Below, one piece after another: positions 23,905 to 34,986 of a DNA stretch of 37,275 bases; position 1 is the stretch's first letter; each line of letters starts with the position of its first letter. The notes under the pieces were generated by a model. The model saw nothing but the letters and a program-made list of their open reading frames with translations. It searched no databases and was not told the origin of the DNA. A program made the translations under genes and the position numbers. This DNA is from Chiloscyllium plagiosum (lineage: Eukaryota), in the NCBI RefSeq assembly GCF_004010195.1, contig NC_057750.1, positions 7,596,629 to 7,633,903 on the forward strand. The letters run 5' to 3'.

Positions 23905-24791
23905 AGTGAGTTACAGAGGGGGTGTCGGCTACATCAGGGATTGTTACAGTGTGGGGTATATCAGAGTGTTACAGTGAGGGACGTGGAGTGTATCTGAGTG
24001 TTATGGTGAGCGGTGTGGGGTATATCAGAGTGTTACACTGAGGGGTGTTTGGTATACCAGAGTGTTATAGTGAGGTGTGTGGGGTATATCAGAGTGTTAC
24101 GGTGAGGGTTATTATAGAGTGTTACAGTGAGGGGTGTTTGGTATATCAGAGTGTTATAGTGAGGGGTGTAGGGTATATTAAAGTGTTACAATGAGGGGTG
24201 TGGTGTATATCAGAGTGTTACAGTGAGGGGTATTATAGAGTGTTACAGTGAGGGGTGTTTGGTATATCAGAGTATTACTGTGAGCAGTGTGGGATATAAC
24301 AGAGTGTTACAGTGAGGGGTATGGTGTGTATCAGTGTGGTGCAGTTAGGGTTATAGTGTGTATCAGTGTTACAGTGAAGGGTATGGTGTATATTTGAGTG
24401 TTACAGTGAGGGGTATTTGGTATATCAGCATGTTACAGTGACAGGTGTGGGGTGTATCAGACTGTTCCAGTGAAGGGTGTATGTATCATTGTGTTACAGT
24501 GAGGGGTGTGAGGTGTATCAGTGTATTACAATGAAGGGTGTGACATATATCAGAGTGTTACAGTGAGGAGTATGGTGTGTATTAGAGAATTACAGTGAGC
24601 TCTGTGGGGTATATCAGAGTGTTACAGTGAGGGGTATGGTGTGTATCAGAGTGTTACAGTGAGGGGTATGGTGTGTATCAGTGTGTTACAGTGAGGGGTA
24701 TGGTGTGTATCAGAGTGTTACAGTGAGGGGTATGGTGTGTATCAGATGTTACAGCGAGGGGTATGTTGTGTATCAGAGTGTTACAGTGAGG
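23905..24791. repeat. Minisatellite, ~32-bp unit (cagagtgttacagtgaggggtatggtgtgtat), roughly 28 copies
   Basis: Period 32 measured at 24615/24647. Some shortened units. No unique spacers. Confidence 0.95.
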
Positions 24792-25974
24792 CACCTTCCT
24801 GGGTACTGCTGTGATGCCTCTCACAGTTGCATATCCCATCCACATGGAGAAGGTGATACCCCTCCCTCCCACTGTGGAAAGATAAACATAAAGCTGCAAG
24901 ACTGGCTTCGCATTTCTGACGAACGCCCAATTATCTGGGCGAGAGACCATTTGATGCAGGAGATGTTCGAAGAAGCAAGGTCAACTGAGTGAAAGCTGAC
25001 ACCACACACTTAACATGCATCTCCATCACCATTCTCCTCTAGCCCCATGGTGACAGGGCTGGAGTGGTGTGCCTTTAAGCAAGAAATGCTACCGGACCCG
25101 TATTGAGTTTCAACCTCATCTGCTGTTCAGGGTATCTCTCCGTACAAACTTCCTATCCTGTTTGGTTGAGACTTTAAACCAACACTGTGTCTTCCCCCTT
25201 GGGTGTACGTGAAATGTCCTGTAAAGTTACATTGCAAACAAGAGCAAAGAGAGTCCTGACCAATAATTTATCCCTGTGCCCACAGTCCCTTATAAAGGGA
25301 TCTTCCAGTGATTATCTCATTGCTTGTTTGATCGGATCTTGCTGAGTCCCAGACAAATCTTCTCACTGTGCCTCGGTACATGTGACAATAAATTCAATTC
25401 GATTCGATGTCTCCTATGTGTACAACGGTTTACACTTCTAAAAAAATTTGGTTGGAAAATGTTTGGAGCGATTGTGGGAAGTGGCAGTGTGAGTCTTTCA
25501 GTGAATATCATGAATTTGGCCTTCACAGTCAACATAGCCCTTTGTTGCTGTCCCTGAGATACTTTTAGCGATGGAGCCTCAGATTTTAGCTTCCCCACCC
25601 TCCCAGTGGCCTCCAAGGTCCTGAGGCCGACTGTCTGAGAGAACAGCAAGGTTTGACAACCTTTCAGTCTCTGGGGCCCGGTGCCCCAAGAGGCGGTTAC
25701 TCAATCACTGCTCTGAGTACCCTTGCTGTAATCAATAAGGCCTTAAACGCTCGCACTCAACATGAAATGTGCAGGAGCAATTTCATTTCAGAAATCCGAG
25801 AGAACCCTTAGAGACCCTGAGGTCCATGTTAAACATGGACAATTACTCGCGGCGATCGCTCTCAGGTTCCAGGCCGCAGCCTGTTCCTAGATTTAATTGA
25901 AAACGCTTCAACAGAGAATGTGCTAACAGAACCATTTGGATGTTGTATTACATGAGCCAGCTCAGGCTTGACAA

Positions 25975-26490
25975 TCCGGAGAGTCAAGATTAGAGTGGTG
26001 CTGGAAAAGCACAGCAGGTCAGGCAGCATCCAAGGAACAGGAAAATCAACATTCCGGGCCAGAGCCCTTCATCAGGAATGAGACTGGAAACCTCCAGGGT
26101 GGAGAGATAAATGGGGAAGGGTTGTGGGGCTGGGGAGAAGGTAGTTGAGAGTGCAGTAGGTGGATGGAGGTGGGGGTAATGGTGATAGGTCAGAGAGGAG
26201 GGTGGAGTGGATAGGTGGGAAGGAAGATTGACAGGTGGGACAGGTCATGAGGATGGTGCTGAGCTGGCAGTTTGGAACTGGGGTAAGGTGTGGGGAGGGG
26301 AAATGAGGAAACTGGTGAAGTCCACATTGATGCCCTGGGGTTGAAGTGTTCTGAGGTGGAAGATGAGGTGTTCTTCCTCCAGGTGTCGGGTGGTGAGGGA
26401 GTGGCGGTGGAGGAGGCCCAGGACCTGCATGTCCTCAGCAGTGGGAGGGGGAGTTGAAATATTTGGCCACAGGGCAGTGGGGTTGATTGG
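25975..26490 (-). mobile_element. Penelope-like element 3' end, family B (GIY-YIG C-terminus + pLTR)
   Basis: Peptide MQVLGLLHRHSLTTRHLEEEHLIFHLRTLQPQGINVDF, followed by a degenerate hammerhead at ~26046-26078. This links family B ends to a PLE ORF. Confidence 0.85.
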
Positions 26491-26494
26491 TGGA

Positions 26495-26900
26495 GTGACT
26501 TTGCATTTAAATAGCGCCTTTCAGGTAATGTCCCAGTGTCCCTCCCAGGTGCAACAGCAAACAAAATTTGACACCAAGCCCACGTAAGGAGATGTTGGGA
26601 GCAGAAGTTAGGCCAAGAACATAGGTTTTCTTAAGGGAAAAGGGGAGAGAAAGAGTGGGAGAGGGAGGACAGGGACAGAACAAGGGGTTGCGGGACAGAA
26701 TTCCAGAACGTAGGAAGCACGCTGCTACACAAAGATACACCAATGATGGAGCCATTAAAATCGGGAATGCGGAAGAGCCCGGAACTATCTGAACTTGAGA
26801 TCCTAGAGGGTTCTTGAGCTGAGAGGGAGAGTGATAGCAGAGAAAGATTACCTACAGAGTTTGAGAATGTTCACATCCAGCTGTTGTCAGACGGGGAGCC
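26495..26900 (-). mobile_element. Old L2-like LINE 3' fragment
   Basis: Tail 'gactttgcatttaaatagcgcctttca'. Related pieces at ~2820-3110 and ~34740-34945. Confidence 0.5.
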
Positions 26901-27208
26901 AATTTGCATGGTTAGAGCTTTTTTCCCCAACCTCAGATCTATCCCTCCCTGTGGGGTGTCTAAAAGACATAGGAGGCCATTCAGCCCATCGAGCCTGCTC
27001 CACCATTCAATGAGATCGTGGTCGATCTAATAATCCTTAATGCCTCTTTCCTGCCTTTCTCCATAACCCTTAATTCCCTTCCTGATTAAAAATCTCTCGA
27101 ACTCAGCCGTGAATATACTTAATGACCCAGACTCGACAGCCCACTGCAGTAAAGAATTCCACAGATTACTACTCTCTGGGAGAAGAAATTCCTCCTCATC
27201 TCTGTCTT

Positions 27209-27675
27209 GGGTGTCACGGTGGCTCAGTGGTTAGCACTGCTACCTCACAGCACCAGGGATCCAGGTTTAATTCCAGCCTCGGGCAACTGTCTGTGTGGAG
27301 TTTGCACATTCTCCCCGTGCCTGTGTGGGTTTCCTTCCAAAGTCCAAAGATGTGCAAGTTATGGTGAATTGGCCATGCTAAATTACCCAGAGTGTTCAAT
27401 GATATGTAGGTTAGGTGCATTAGCTTATGCCCGGCACGTCGATTCTCCTGTTCCTTTGATGCTGCCTGACCTGCTGCGCTTTTCCAACAACACATTTTTA
27501 AGCTCTGATCTCCAACATCTGCAGTCCTCATTTTCTCCTAGGTTAGGTGCATTAGTCAGGGTCAAATGTAGAGTAATAGGGTAGGGGAATGAGTTTGGGT
27601 GGATTACTCTTCAGAGGATCAGTGTGGATATGTTGGGCCGAAGGGCCTATTTCCGCACTGCAGGGTCTATTCTAT
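27209..27675 (+). mobile_element. HE1-type SINE carrying a PLE family B insertion at 27424-27538
   Basis: 17-bp TSD taggttaggtgcattag at 27407-27423 and 27539-27555. Confidence 0.9.
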
Positions 27676-27751
27676 GAAAAAAAACTTGGCAGACTGAACA
27701 CAGTGTAGAAAAATATGAGGTTATGCAACTTTGTCTGGCAGAATAGACCGT

Positions 27752-28067
27752 GCAGTGTGGAAACAGGCTCTTCGGCCCAACAAATCCACACTGCTCCTCT
27801 GAAGAGTAATCCACCCAAACTCATTCCCCTACCCTATTACTCTACATTTGACCCTGACTAATGCACCTAACCTACACGTCTCTGAAGACTCTTGGCAACT
27901 TAGCACAGCCAATTCACCCTAACCTGCACATCTTTGGACTGTGGGAGGAAACCTGCACAGATGTGGGGAGAATGTGCAGACTCCACACAGACAGTCGCCT
28001 GAGGCTGGAGTTGAACCTGAGGTCTTGGTGCTGCGAGGCAGCAGTGCTAACCATGGAGCCACTGTTC
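27752..28067 (-). mobile_element. HE1-type SINE
   Basis: Reverse-complement match. Confidence 0.85.
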
Positions 28068-28489
28068 TGGTTACAACACAACTCTCTTGATATACCTGTG
28101 GGGGTGAATTGTATGTGTTTTGACTAAGACTGAGTTGCGTCGAGTTATTTGGAAGTATTTCTGACAGTATCTTGCCAAACGTGTTATCCATCACAACCGA
28201 TTCTGGTCCTAAAAATACATGCACCATTCCCGGAACGACTCACCACTTAGCAGGATGTCTCCGAATTCACCGGTGTCCCCTGTGGCTGTCTGGAGAAATG
28301 CTCAGCATTGTGGAGTCACCTCCCCTGCTTCGCCATTGCGCCCTTTACCCTCTCCGATACCTCACCTCCGCACTCCCTCTGCTCCCACTCACACCTCCCA
28401 CCAAGACCCACTCTCACGATTACTTGGCTAGCTTCTATTCATGGGATGTGGGTGTCACTGCCAAGCCAACATTTAGTGCCTGTCCCTAG

Positions 28490-28895
28490 CGACCCTTCAG
28501 CTGCCCTCCACCCCTGACGCTCAGTAGCAGCAGTGTGTACCATCTACAAGATGCGCTGCAGAAATTCACCAAAGATCCTCAGACGGCACCTTCCAAACCC
28601 ACGACCACTTCCATCTAGAAGGACAAGGGCAGCACATACATGGAACACCGCCCCTGCAGGTTCCCCTCCAAGCCATTTACCATCCTGACTTGGAAGTGTA
28701 TCACCATTCCTTCAGGGTCAAAATCCTGGAATTCCCTCCCTAAAGGTCATTGTGGGACAACCCACAGCAGGTGGACTGCAGCGGTTCAAGAAGGCAACTT
28801 ACCACCCCTCCTCCACCTTCTCAAGGGGCAATTAGGGAACGAAACAAGTGCTGGCTCAACCAGCGTTGTCCACATCCCCCAAATGAATTTTTTAA
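28490..28895 (+). mobile_element. LINE 3' end, same family as 15205-15775
   Basis: Shared 'gctcagtagcagcagtgtgtac...catcctgacttggaa...cccacagcaggtgga'. Confidence 0.75.
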
Positions 28896-29034
28896 AAAGT
28901 CAGAGTGGCTTATTTGAGTATACCCCGTTGCTATGGGTCTGGAGTCACATGTAGGCCAGACTGAGTGAGGACTGCAGATTTCCCTCCCTGAGGAAAGATG
29001 CTATTAGAACAGAGGGGTATTAGAGTGGGAGACA

Positions 29035-29560
29035 GCAGTCATAGTCATAGAGATGTGCAGCATGGAAACAGATCCTTCAGTTCATGTCGACCAGATATCC
29101 CAACCTAATCTAGTCCCATCTGCCAGCACTTGGCCCATATCCCTCTAATCCTTCGTATTCAAACACCCATCTAGATGCCTTTTAAATGTTATCATTGTAC
29201 CAGCCTCCACCACTCCCTCGGTCAGCTCGTTCCATACACGTACCACCCTCTGCGTGAAAAAGTTGCACCTTACGTCCCTTTATATCTTTCCCCTCTCACC
29301 CTAAACCTATGCCCTCTAGTTCTGGACTCCCCGACCCCAGGGAAAAGACTTTGCCTATTTACCCTATCCATTCCCCTCACAATTTTATAAACCTCTATAA
29401 GATCACCCCTCAGCCTCCGACGCTCCAGGGAAAACAGCCCCAGCCTGTTCAGCCTCTCCCTGTAGCTCAAATCCTCCAACTCTGGCAACATCCTTGTAAA
29501 TCTTTTCTGAACCCTTTCAAGTTTCACAACATCCTTCCTGTAGGAGGGAGATCAGAATTC
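29035..29560 (-). mobile_element. HER1/CR1 3' end
   Basis: KLERVQKRFTRMLPELEDLSYRERLNRLGLFSLERRRLRGDLIEVYKIVRG. Confidence 0.9.
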
Positions 29561-29679
29561 GTTACTCAATCAGACCTCCTCGCTAGCCACAGAGCTCGTG
29601 ACCCTGAACTTTCAACCTGTGACCCCCCACCTCGGGGTCCCAACCCCAGTTCGCTGACCGTAAGCTGTGGAATCTTTTT

Positions 29680-30396
29680 GAGCAGATCCCTCCCCACCCC
29701 TTTCCACTTTCTGCAAAGACCATTCCCTCTGTGACTACCTGGTCAGGTCCACGGCCCCCCTATAACCCACCCTCCCGTCCTGGCACCCTCCCCTGCCACC
29801 GCAGGAATTGCAAAACCTGTGCCCACACCTCCTCCCTCATCTCCATCCAAGGCCCTAAAGGAGCCTTCCACATCCAAAGTTTTACCTGCACATTCAACAA
29901 TATAATTTATTGTATCCGTTGCTCCACTACATTGGGGAGACTGGACGCCTCCTAGCAGAGCGCTTTAGGGAACATCTCTGGGACACCCGCACCAATCAAC
30001 CACACCACTGTGGCCCAACATTTCAATTCCCCCTCCCACTCTGCCGAGGACATGGAGGTCCTGGGCCTCCTTCACCGCCGCTCCCTCACCACCCGACCCC
30101 TGGAGGAAGAACACTACGTCTTCTGCCTCGGAACACTTCAACCTCAGGGCATCAATGTGGACTTCAACAGTTTCCTCATTTCCCCATCCCCCACCTCACC
30201 CCAGTTCCAAACTTCCAGCTCAGCACTGTCCCCATGACCTGTCCTACCTGCCTATCTTCTTTTCCACCTATCCATTCCACCCTCCTCTCTGACCTATCAC
30301 TTCCACCCACCCCCACCCCCATTCTCTTGGCTACCTTCTCCCCAGCCCCACCTCCCCCCATTTATCTCTCCACCCTGGAGGCTTCCTGCCTCTATT
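29680..30396 (+). pseudogene. Penelope-like retroelement GIY-YIG endonuclease domain (frameshifted) plus 3' region
   Basis: PGTLPCHRRNCKTC..FTCTFNNIIYCIRC / YIGETGRLLAERFREH / AQHFNSPSHSAEDMEVLGL..EEEH..LGTLQPQGINVDF across three frames. Confidence 0.9.
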
Positions 30397-30645
30397 GGAA
30401 TTAAAATAAATTTAAACAGAGGACAATCAAGGGCTCCTGTGTAGAGAGCCCCAGTGCAAAAGACAAAGGGGTTGCTAATAGGGACAACAGAGAGGCAAAA
30501 TGAGGTTTAAACAAGACAGAGAGCGGCCAGGGAGGAGAAATGTGAGCCAGTCCTTTTAATTCTATCAAGAAAATAATAAGCTGTGTTTTTAAAAAGTTAA
30601 AAATCACACAACACCAGGTTATAGTCCAATAGGTTTATTTGGAAG

Positions 30646-30680
30646 CACTAGCTTTCGGAACACTGCTCCCTCATCAGGTG
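30646..30680 (-). ncRNA. Minimal hammerhead ribozyme motif, family A
   Basis: CAC CUGAUGA G GGAG CAGUG UUCC GAA AGCU A GUG. Confidence 0.7.
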
Positions 30681-30885
30681 ATTGTGGAGTATAAGATTGT
30701 AAGATACAGAATTTATACCAAAAGTTTCCAGTGTGATGTAACTGAAACTATACGTTGCAAAATACCTGAATTGTTTCAATTCAAGACCCAAACAATTCGG
30801 GTATTTTTCAATATATAATTTCGGTTACATCACACTGGAAACTTTTACTATAAATTCGGTGTCGTACAATCTTATACTCCACAAC

Positions 30886-30920
30886 CATCTGATGAAGGAG
30901 CAGCTCTCCGAAAGCTAGTG
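30886..30920 (+). ncRNA. Minimal hammerhead ribozyme motif, family A
   Basis: CAU CUGAUGA A GGAG CAGCU CUCC GAA AGCU A GUG. Confidence 0.7.
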
Positions 30921-31660
30921 CTTCCAAATAAACCTGTTGGACTATAACCTGGTGTTGTGTGATTTTTAACTTTGTCCACCCCAGTCCAACACCGACATCT
31001 CCAAATCCTGTTTTCAAAAGAACGTTCTCAAATCCTTTCTGCTGCTGGTGGTGTCTCGTTAACAGAGAATGTGAGGGCAGATTAATCAGCCTTTCTGAGA
31101 TGCGATGCAGGGGAGAGAAAGTGCAAGGCTGCAGGTAAGTGGGAGCCGAGAGGCTGTACTCACGCAGAACCTGCCAGGAACAGTGTGTATAATTTATAAC
31201 ATTGACAGCCTTGGCTGTAAGGGATCTGTTCAGCACAGTTCGACTCTTCCTGCCTCGTGTGAGATGGTGTGAGATAGGTTTCACTGGGGTGACATCAGTG
31301 CAGAGTTTATCAGTGATAGCCCTTTGTAAAAAGGCAGGAATCCCTTCAGAGGCACAGCCCTGATTTGACAGTGACTGACAGCTTCACACCGGGGAAAACC
31401 GATCCAAATATTTGCACTGAGGAGTTCTGAATGCATGAAACCCCGAGGACAAGGAGTGACACTTTTCCAGGTTACACAATAGAAAAGGCATTTTATCTCT
31501 TCTCCAATTACTTTGAGCAGCAACTTCCTGAAGTGCTTGTTGTTCATGGAGGAGAGAGCTGCATTCCTATAGCGCCTCTCACCACCTCAGGCACTCAGTG
31601 GGATGTTTTGCCAAGTGGGTAGTGCCCCCTCGCTCTGAACCAGGAGGCCTGAGTACAAGT

Positions 31661-31984
31661 GGCAGCACAGTGGCTCAGTGGTTAGCACTGCTGCCTCACA
31701 GCACCTGGGTCCCAGATTCGATTACAGCCTCGGGCAACTGTCTGTGTGGAGTTTGCACATTCTCCCCCGTGTCTGCGTGGGTTTCCTCTGGGTGCTCTGG
31801 TTTCCTCCCACAGACCAAAGATATGCAGGCTAGGGTGGTGAATTGGCTGTGCTAAATTGCCTGTAGTGTTAGGTGCATTAGTCAGAGGGGAAAAAAATGG
31901 GTCTGGGTGGGTTACTCTTTGGAGGGTCGTTGTGGACTGGTTGGGCCAAAGGGCCTGTTTCCACACTGTAGGGAATCTAATCTA
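31661..31984 (+). mobile_element. HE1-type SINE
   Basis: Full length with (aatct)n tail. Confidence 0.9.
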
Positions 31985-32021
31985 AAAAAAAGCCCCAGAA
32001 TTGTACAATAACATCTCTGAT

Positions 32022-32231
32022 ACAAAGTTAAAAATCGCACATCACCAGGTTATAGTCCAACAGGTTTATTTGGAAGCACTAGCTTTCAGAGCGACGCTCC
32101 TTCATCAGGTGGTTGTTGTCAGGAGCAGCGCTCTGAAAGCTAATGCTTCCAAATAAACCTGTTGGACTATAACCTGGTGTTGTGTGAATTTTAACTTTGT
32201 ACACCCCAGCCCAACATCGGCATCTCCAAAT
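32022..32231. mobile_element. PLE fold-back element, family A, 10-bp TSD
   Basis: catctctgat at 32012-32021 and 32232-32241. Hammerhead on the minus strand at 32077-32111. Confidence 0.9.
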
Positions 32232-32379
32232 CATCTCTGATGCAGGTTGATTTAGAAATATCCAGGGCCTGAGTTATAGCGAGAGATTGGACAAGCTAGG
32301 GTTTTTACCTTTACAGTGTAAGAGACTGAGGGAGGATCTTATAGAGGTGTATAAAATCATGAGAGGCATGGATAGAGTG

Positions 32380-32560
32380 TACAAAGTTAAAAATCACACA
32401 ACACCAGGTTATCGTCCAACAGGTTTAATTGGAAGCACACTAGCTTTTGGAGCAAAGCTCTGAAAGCTAGTGTGCTTCCAATTAAACCTGTTGGACGATA
32501 ACCTGGTGTTGTGTGATTTTTAACTTTGTCCACCCCAGTCCAACACTGGCACCTCCAAAT
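32380..32560. mobile_element. PLE fold-back element, family A, 13-bp TSD (1 mismatch)
   Basis: catggatagagtg at 32367-32379 and catggatagggtg at 32561-32573. Confidence 0.9.
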
Positions 32561-32584
32561 CATGGATAGGGTGAATGCACTCAG

Positions 32585-32798
32585 GTGAAAGTGAGGACTG
32601 CAGATGCTGGAGATTAGAGTCAAGATTAGTGTGGTGCTGGAAAAGCACAGCAGGTCAGGCAGCATCCGAGGAGCAGGAAAAACGACGTTTCGAGCAAAAG
32701 CCCTTCAACCTGATGGAGGGATCCTGCCCGAAACTTTGATTTTCCTGCTCTTCGGATGCTGCCTGACCTGCTGTGCATTTCCAGCACCACTCTAATCT
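32585..32798. mobile_element. PLE fold-back element, family B, 13-bp TSD
   Basis: tgaatgcactcag at 32572-32584 and 32799-32811. Confidence 0.9.
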
Positions 32799-33294
32799 TG
32801 AATGCACTCAGTCCTTTACCCAGGGTTGGGGAATCGAGGACGAAAGGGCATCAGTTTAAGGTTAGAGGATAAAGAATAAAAGGGAACCTGAGGGGCTACT
32901 TTTTTACACAGAGGATGGTATGCATATGGAATGAGCTGCTCACGGAAGTGATTGAAGGGGGTACATTAACAACTTTTAAAAGGCATTTGGACAAATACAT
33001 GGATAAGAAGGGTTTAGAAGGATATGGGTTAATGTTGACGGACATTTTGGTCAGCACAGATTGGTTTGGGCCGAAGAGCCTGTCTCCTTGCAGTAGGACT
33101 CTATGACTCTTGTCCACCCTGCATTGTAGGGAAAAGCAGCAGTCGATTTGTGCACAGCAAGATTCCATAAGCATCTAGTTGTCAAGATGGCAGCAGAGTA
33201 GCAGCACACAGTGTGTGTGTGCTCTTGACTGGAGCTCATCTGCTCCATCCACTTTTACGAAATGCACTTCTTTCACAGCTTATATTTTTTTTTA

Positions 33295-34050
33295 CCCTGT
33301 TATCAGAAGGTTATTAATAAGCTGGAGAGGGTTCAGAGAAAATTTACCAGGATGTTGCTGAGAATAGAGTGTTTGAGTTATAAAAATAGACTGGGACTTT
33401 TTTCACTGGAGCGTAGGAGGTTGAGGGGTGACATTATTGAGCTTTATAAAATCATGAGGGGCATAGACAAGTTGATGGCTCAGGGCTTTTCACTAGGGTG
33501 GGGGAGCTCAAAACTAAGCTCAAAACTAGGGGGCATAATTTTAAGGTGTGGGGAGAAAGAATTAAAAAGGACATGAGGGGCAACGTTTTTTTACACACAG
33601 AGTGGTTCGTGTGTGAAAAAAACTTCCAGAGGAAGTGACAGACGCAGGAACAGTTACACCGTTTAAAAAACATTTGGACATGTTCTCGAATAAGAAAGGT
33701 GAATAGCAAAGGTCTCTTCCCATGGTGGGAGAATCCAGAACTAAACGGTGGTAAGAGGGGAAAGGTTTAAAAGGGATTTGAGGGGCAAGTTTTTCACCCA
33801 GAGGGTGGTGTGTGTGTGGAATAAACTGCCAGAGGAAGTGGTGGAGGCTGGTACAATTACAACATGTAAAAGGCATCTGGTGGAGGCTGGTACAATTACA
33901 ACATGTAAAAGGCATCTGGATGGTTATATGATTAGGAAAGATTCAGAGGGATATGGGCCAAATGCTGCCAAATGGGACCAGACGAATTTAGGGTATCTGG
34001 TCGGCATGGACGAGTTGGACTGAAGGGCCTTTGCATCTCAATGACTCTAC
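33295..34050 (+). mobile_element. Two tandem CR1/HER1 3' fragments, with a perfect 39-bp tandem duplication at 33839-33916
   Basis: KLERVQRKFTRML..RRRLRGD and VWNKLPEEVVEAGTITTCKRHLVEAGTITTCKRHL. Confidence 0.85.
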
Positions 34051-34437
34051 CTGTGACTTAAAAGGGTGACATCCTAATTTTAAAACAGTGTCTCCTAGTT
34101 CGGGGTTGATTCTTGGTCAGCAGGGGAGTGGAGCGCTATTGGAAGGAGATGAGAATGTGGCTAGGCCTGGGCCTACATCAGTGGCTGAACATTCCAAACA
34201 CCTTTATGGAGATAAAACTTTGGACTTTTGGATCTGGACATTTTCTTACCTTTTGGTTGTGTTGAAAACATTTTTCTGTTTTTTTTTTAATTCTATTTTT
34301 TAACCAAGATGGCGGTGGAGATTAGAAATTTTGCCAACTGTACTCAAGTTTTCCTAAACTTGAGTATATGTGACAGTAACATCTAATTCTAATTCCAATG
34401 TGGAATTTGAAATCCAAGCAGATCAGCCATGAACTTA

Positions 34438-34624
34438 AGTAAACATTGCAAGAAACGTGGATGCTGGGAATCATAAACAAAAACAGAAATTGCTGGAAAA
34501 GCTCAGCAGGTCTGGCAGTATCCATGGAGAGAATCAGAGTTCATTCTGATTGAGTTCACTCTGATTTCTCTTCACAGAAGCTGCCAGACCTGCTGAGCTT
34601 TTCCAGCAGTCTCTATTTTTGTTT
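34438..34624. mobile_element. Fold-back element, family B-related, ~15-bp TSD
   Basis: Arms ~34475-34540 and 34558-34624. tcagccatgaactta (34423-34437) vs tcagccatgacctta (34624-34638). Confidence 0.7.
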
Positions 34625-34986
34625 CAGCCATGACCTTATTGACGGCAAAACGGGGTTGAGGGGCCGAATGGCCTACTTCTGCTGCTATTTGGGATGTCGA
34701 TTGAGGGGGCAATGTTCTGCTCTATCTGAACTCCTATGACGTCTGATTAATTGTAATGGCGAGTTCACAAGAGGCCGGGATTGGAGAAACGCAGGGATCT
34801 CCGAGGGATGTGCGGCTGAAGGGGTTTTCAGAGACGGATTGGAAACACGGCTGAGTGTTTGAAAGTTAAGTTATTACTTAACTGGGTGCCAGTGTAGGTC
34901 AGCAAGTACTGGAGTGATTGGAGGGGAGGATTAGCTGTGAGTTAAGTCTTACAGCTTCTCCAGTCTCTCTGCCTAAATGAAGTCTT

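Larger units (their letters stand above)
30593..31007. mobile_element. PLE-derived fold-back element, family A, longest copy
   Basis: Arms ~30593-30776 and 30790-30973, 13-nt loop, one-sided 34-nt tail. Confidence 0.9.
32265..33110 (+). mobile_element. CR1 3' end hosting two adjacent PLE fold-back insertions
   Basis: CR1 sequence is continuous once 32380-32560 and 32585-32798 and one TSD copy of each are removed. Confidence 0.85.

Noticed and set aside
23905..24791. CRISPR-like array (32-bp period)
   Set aside because: Units are head to tail with no unique spacers, there are no cas genes, and the context is vertebrate. It is a minisatellite.
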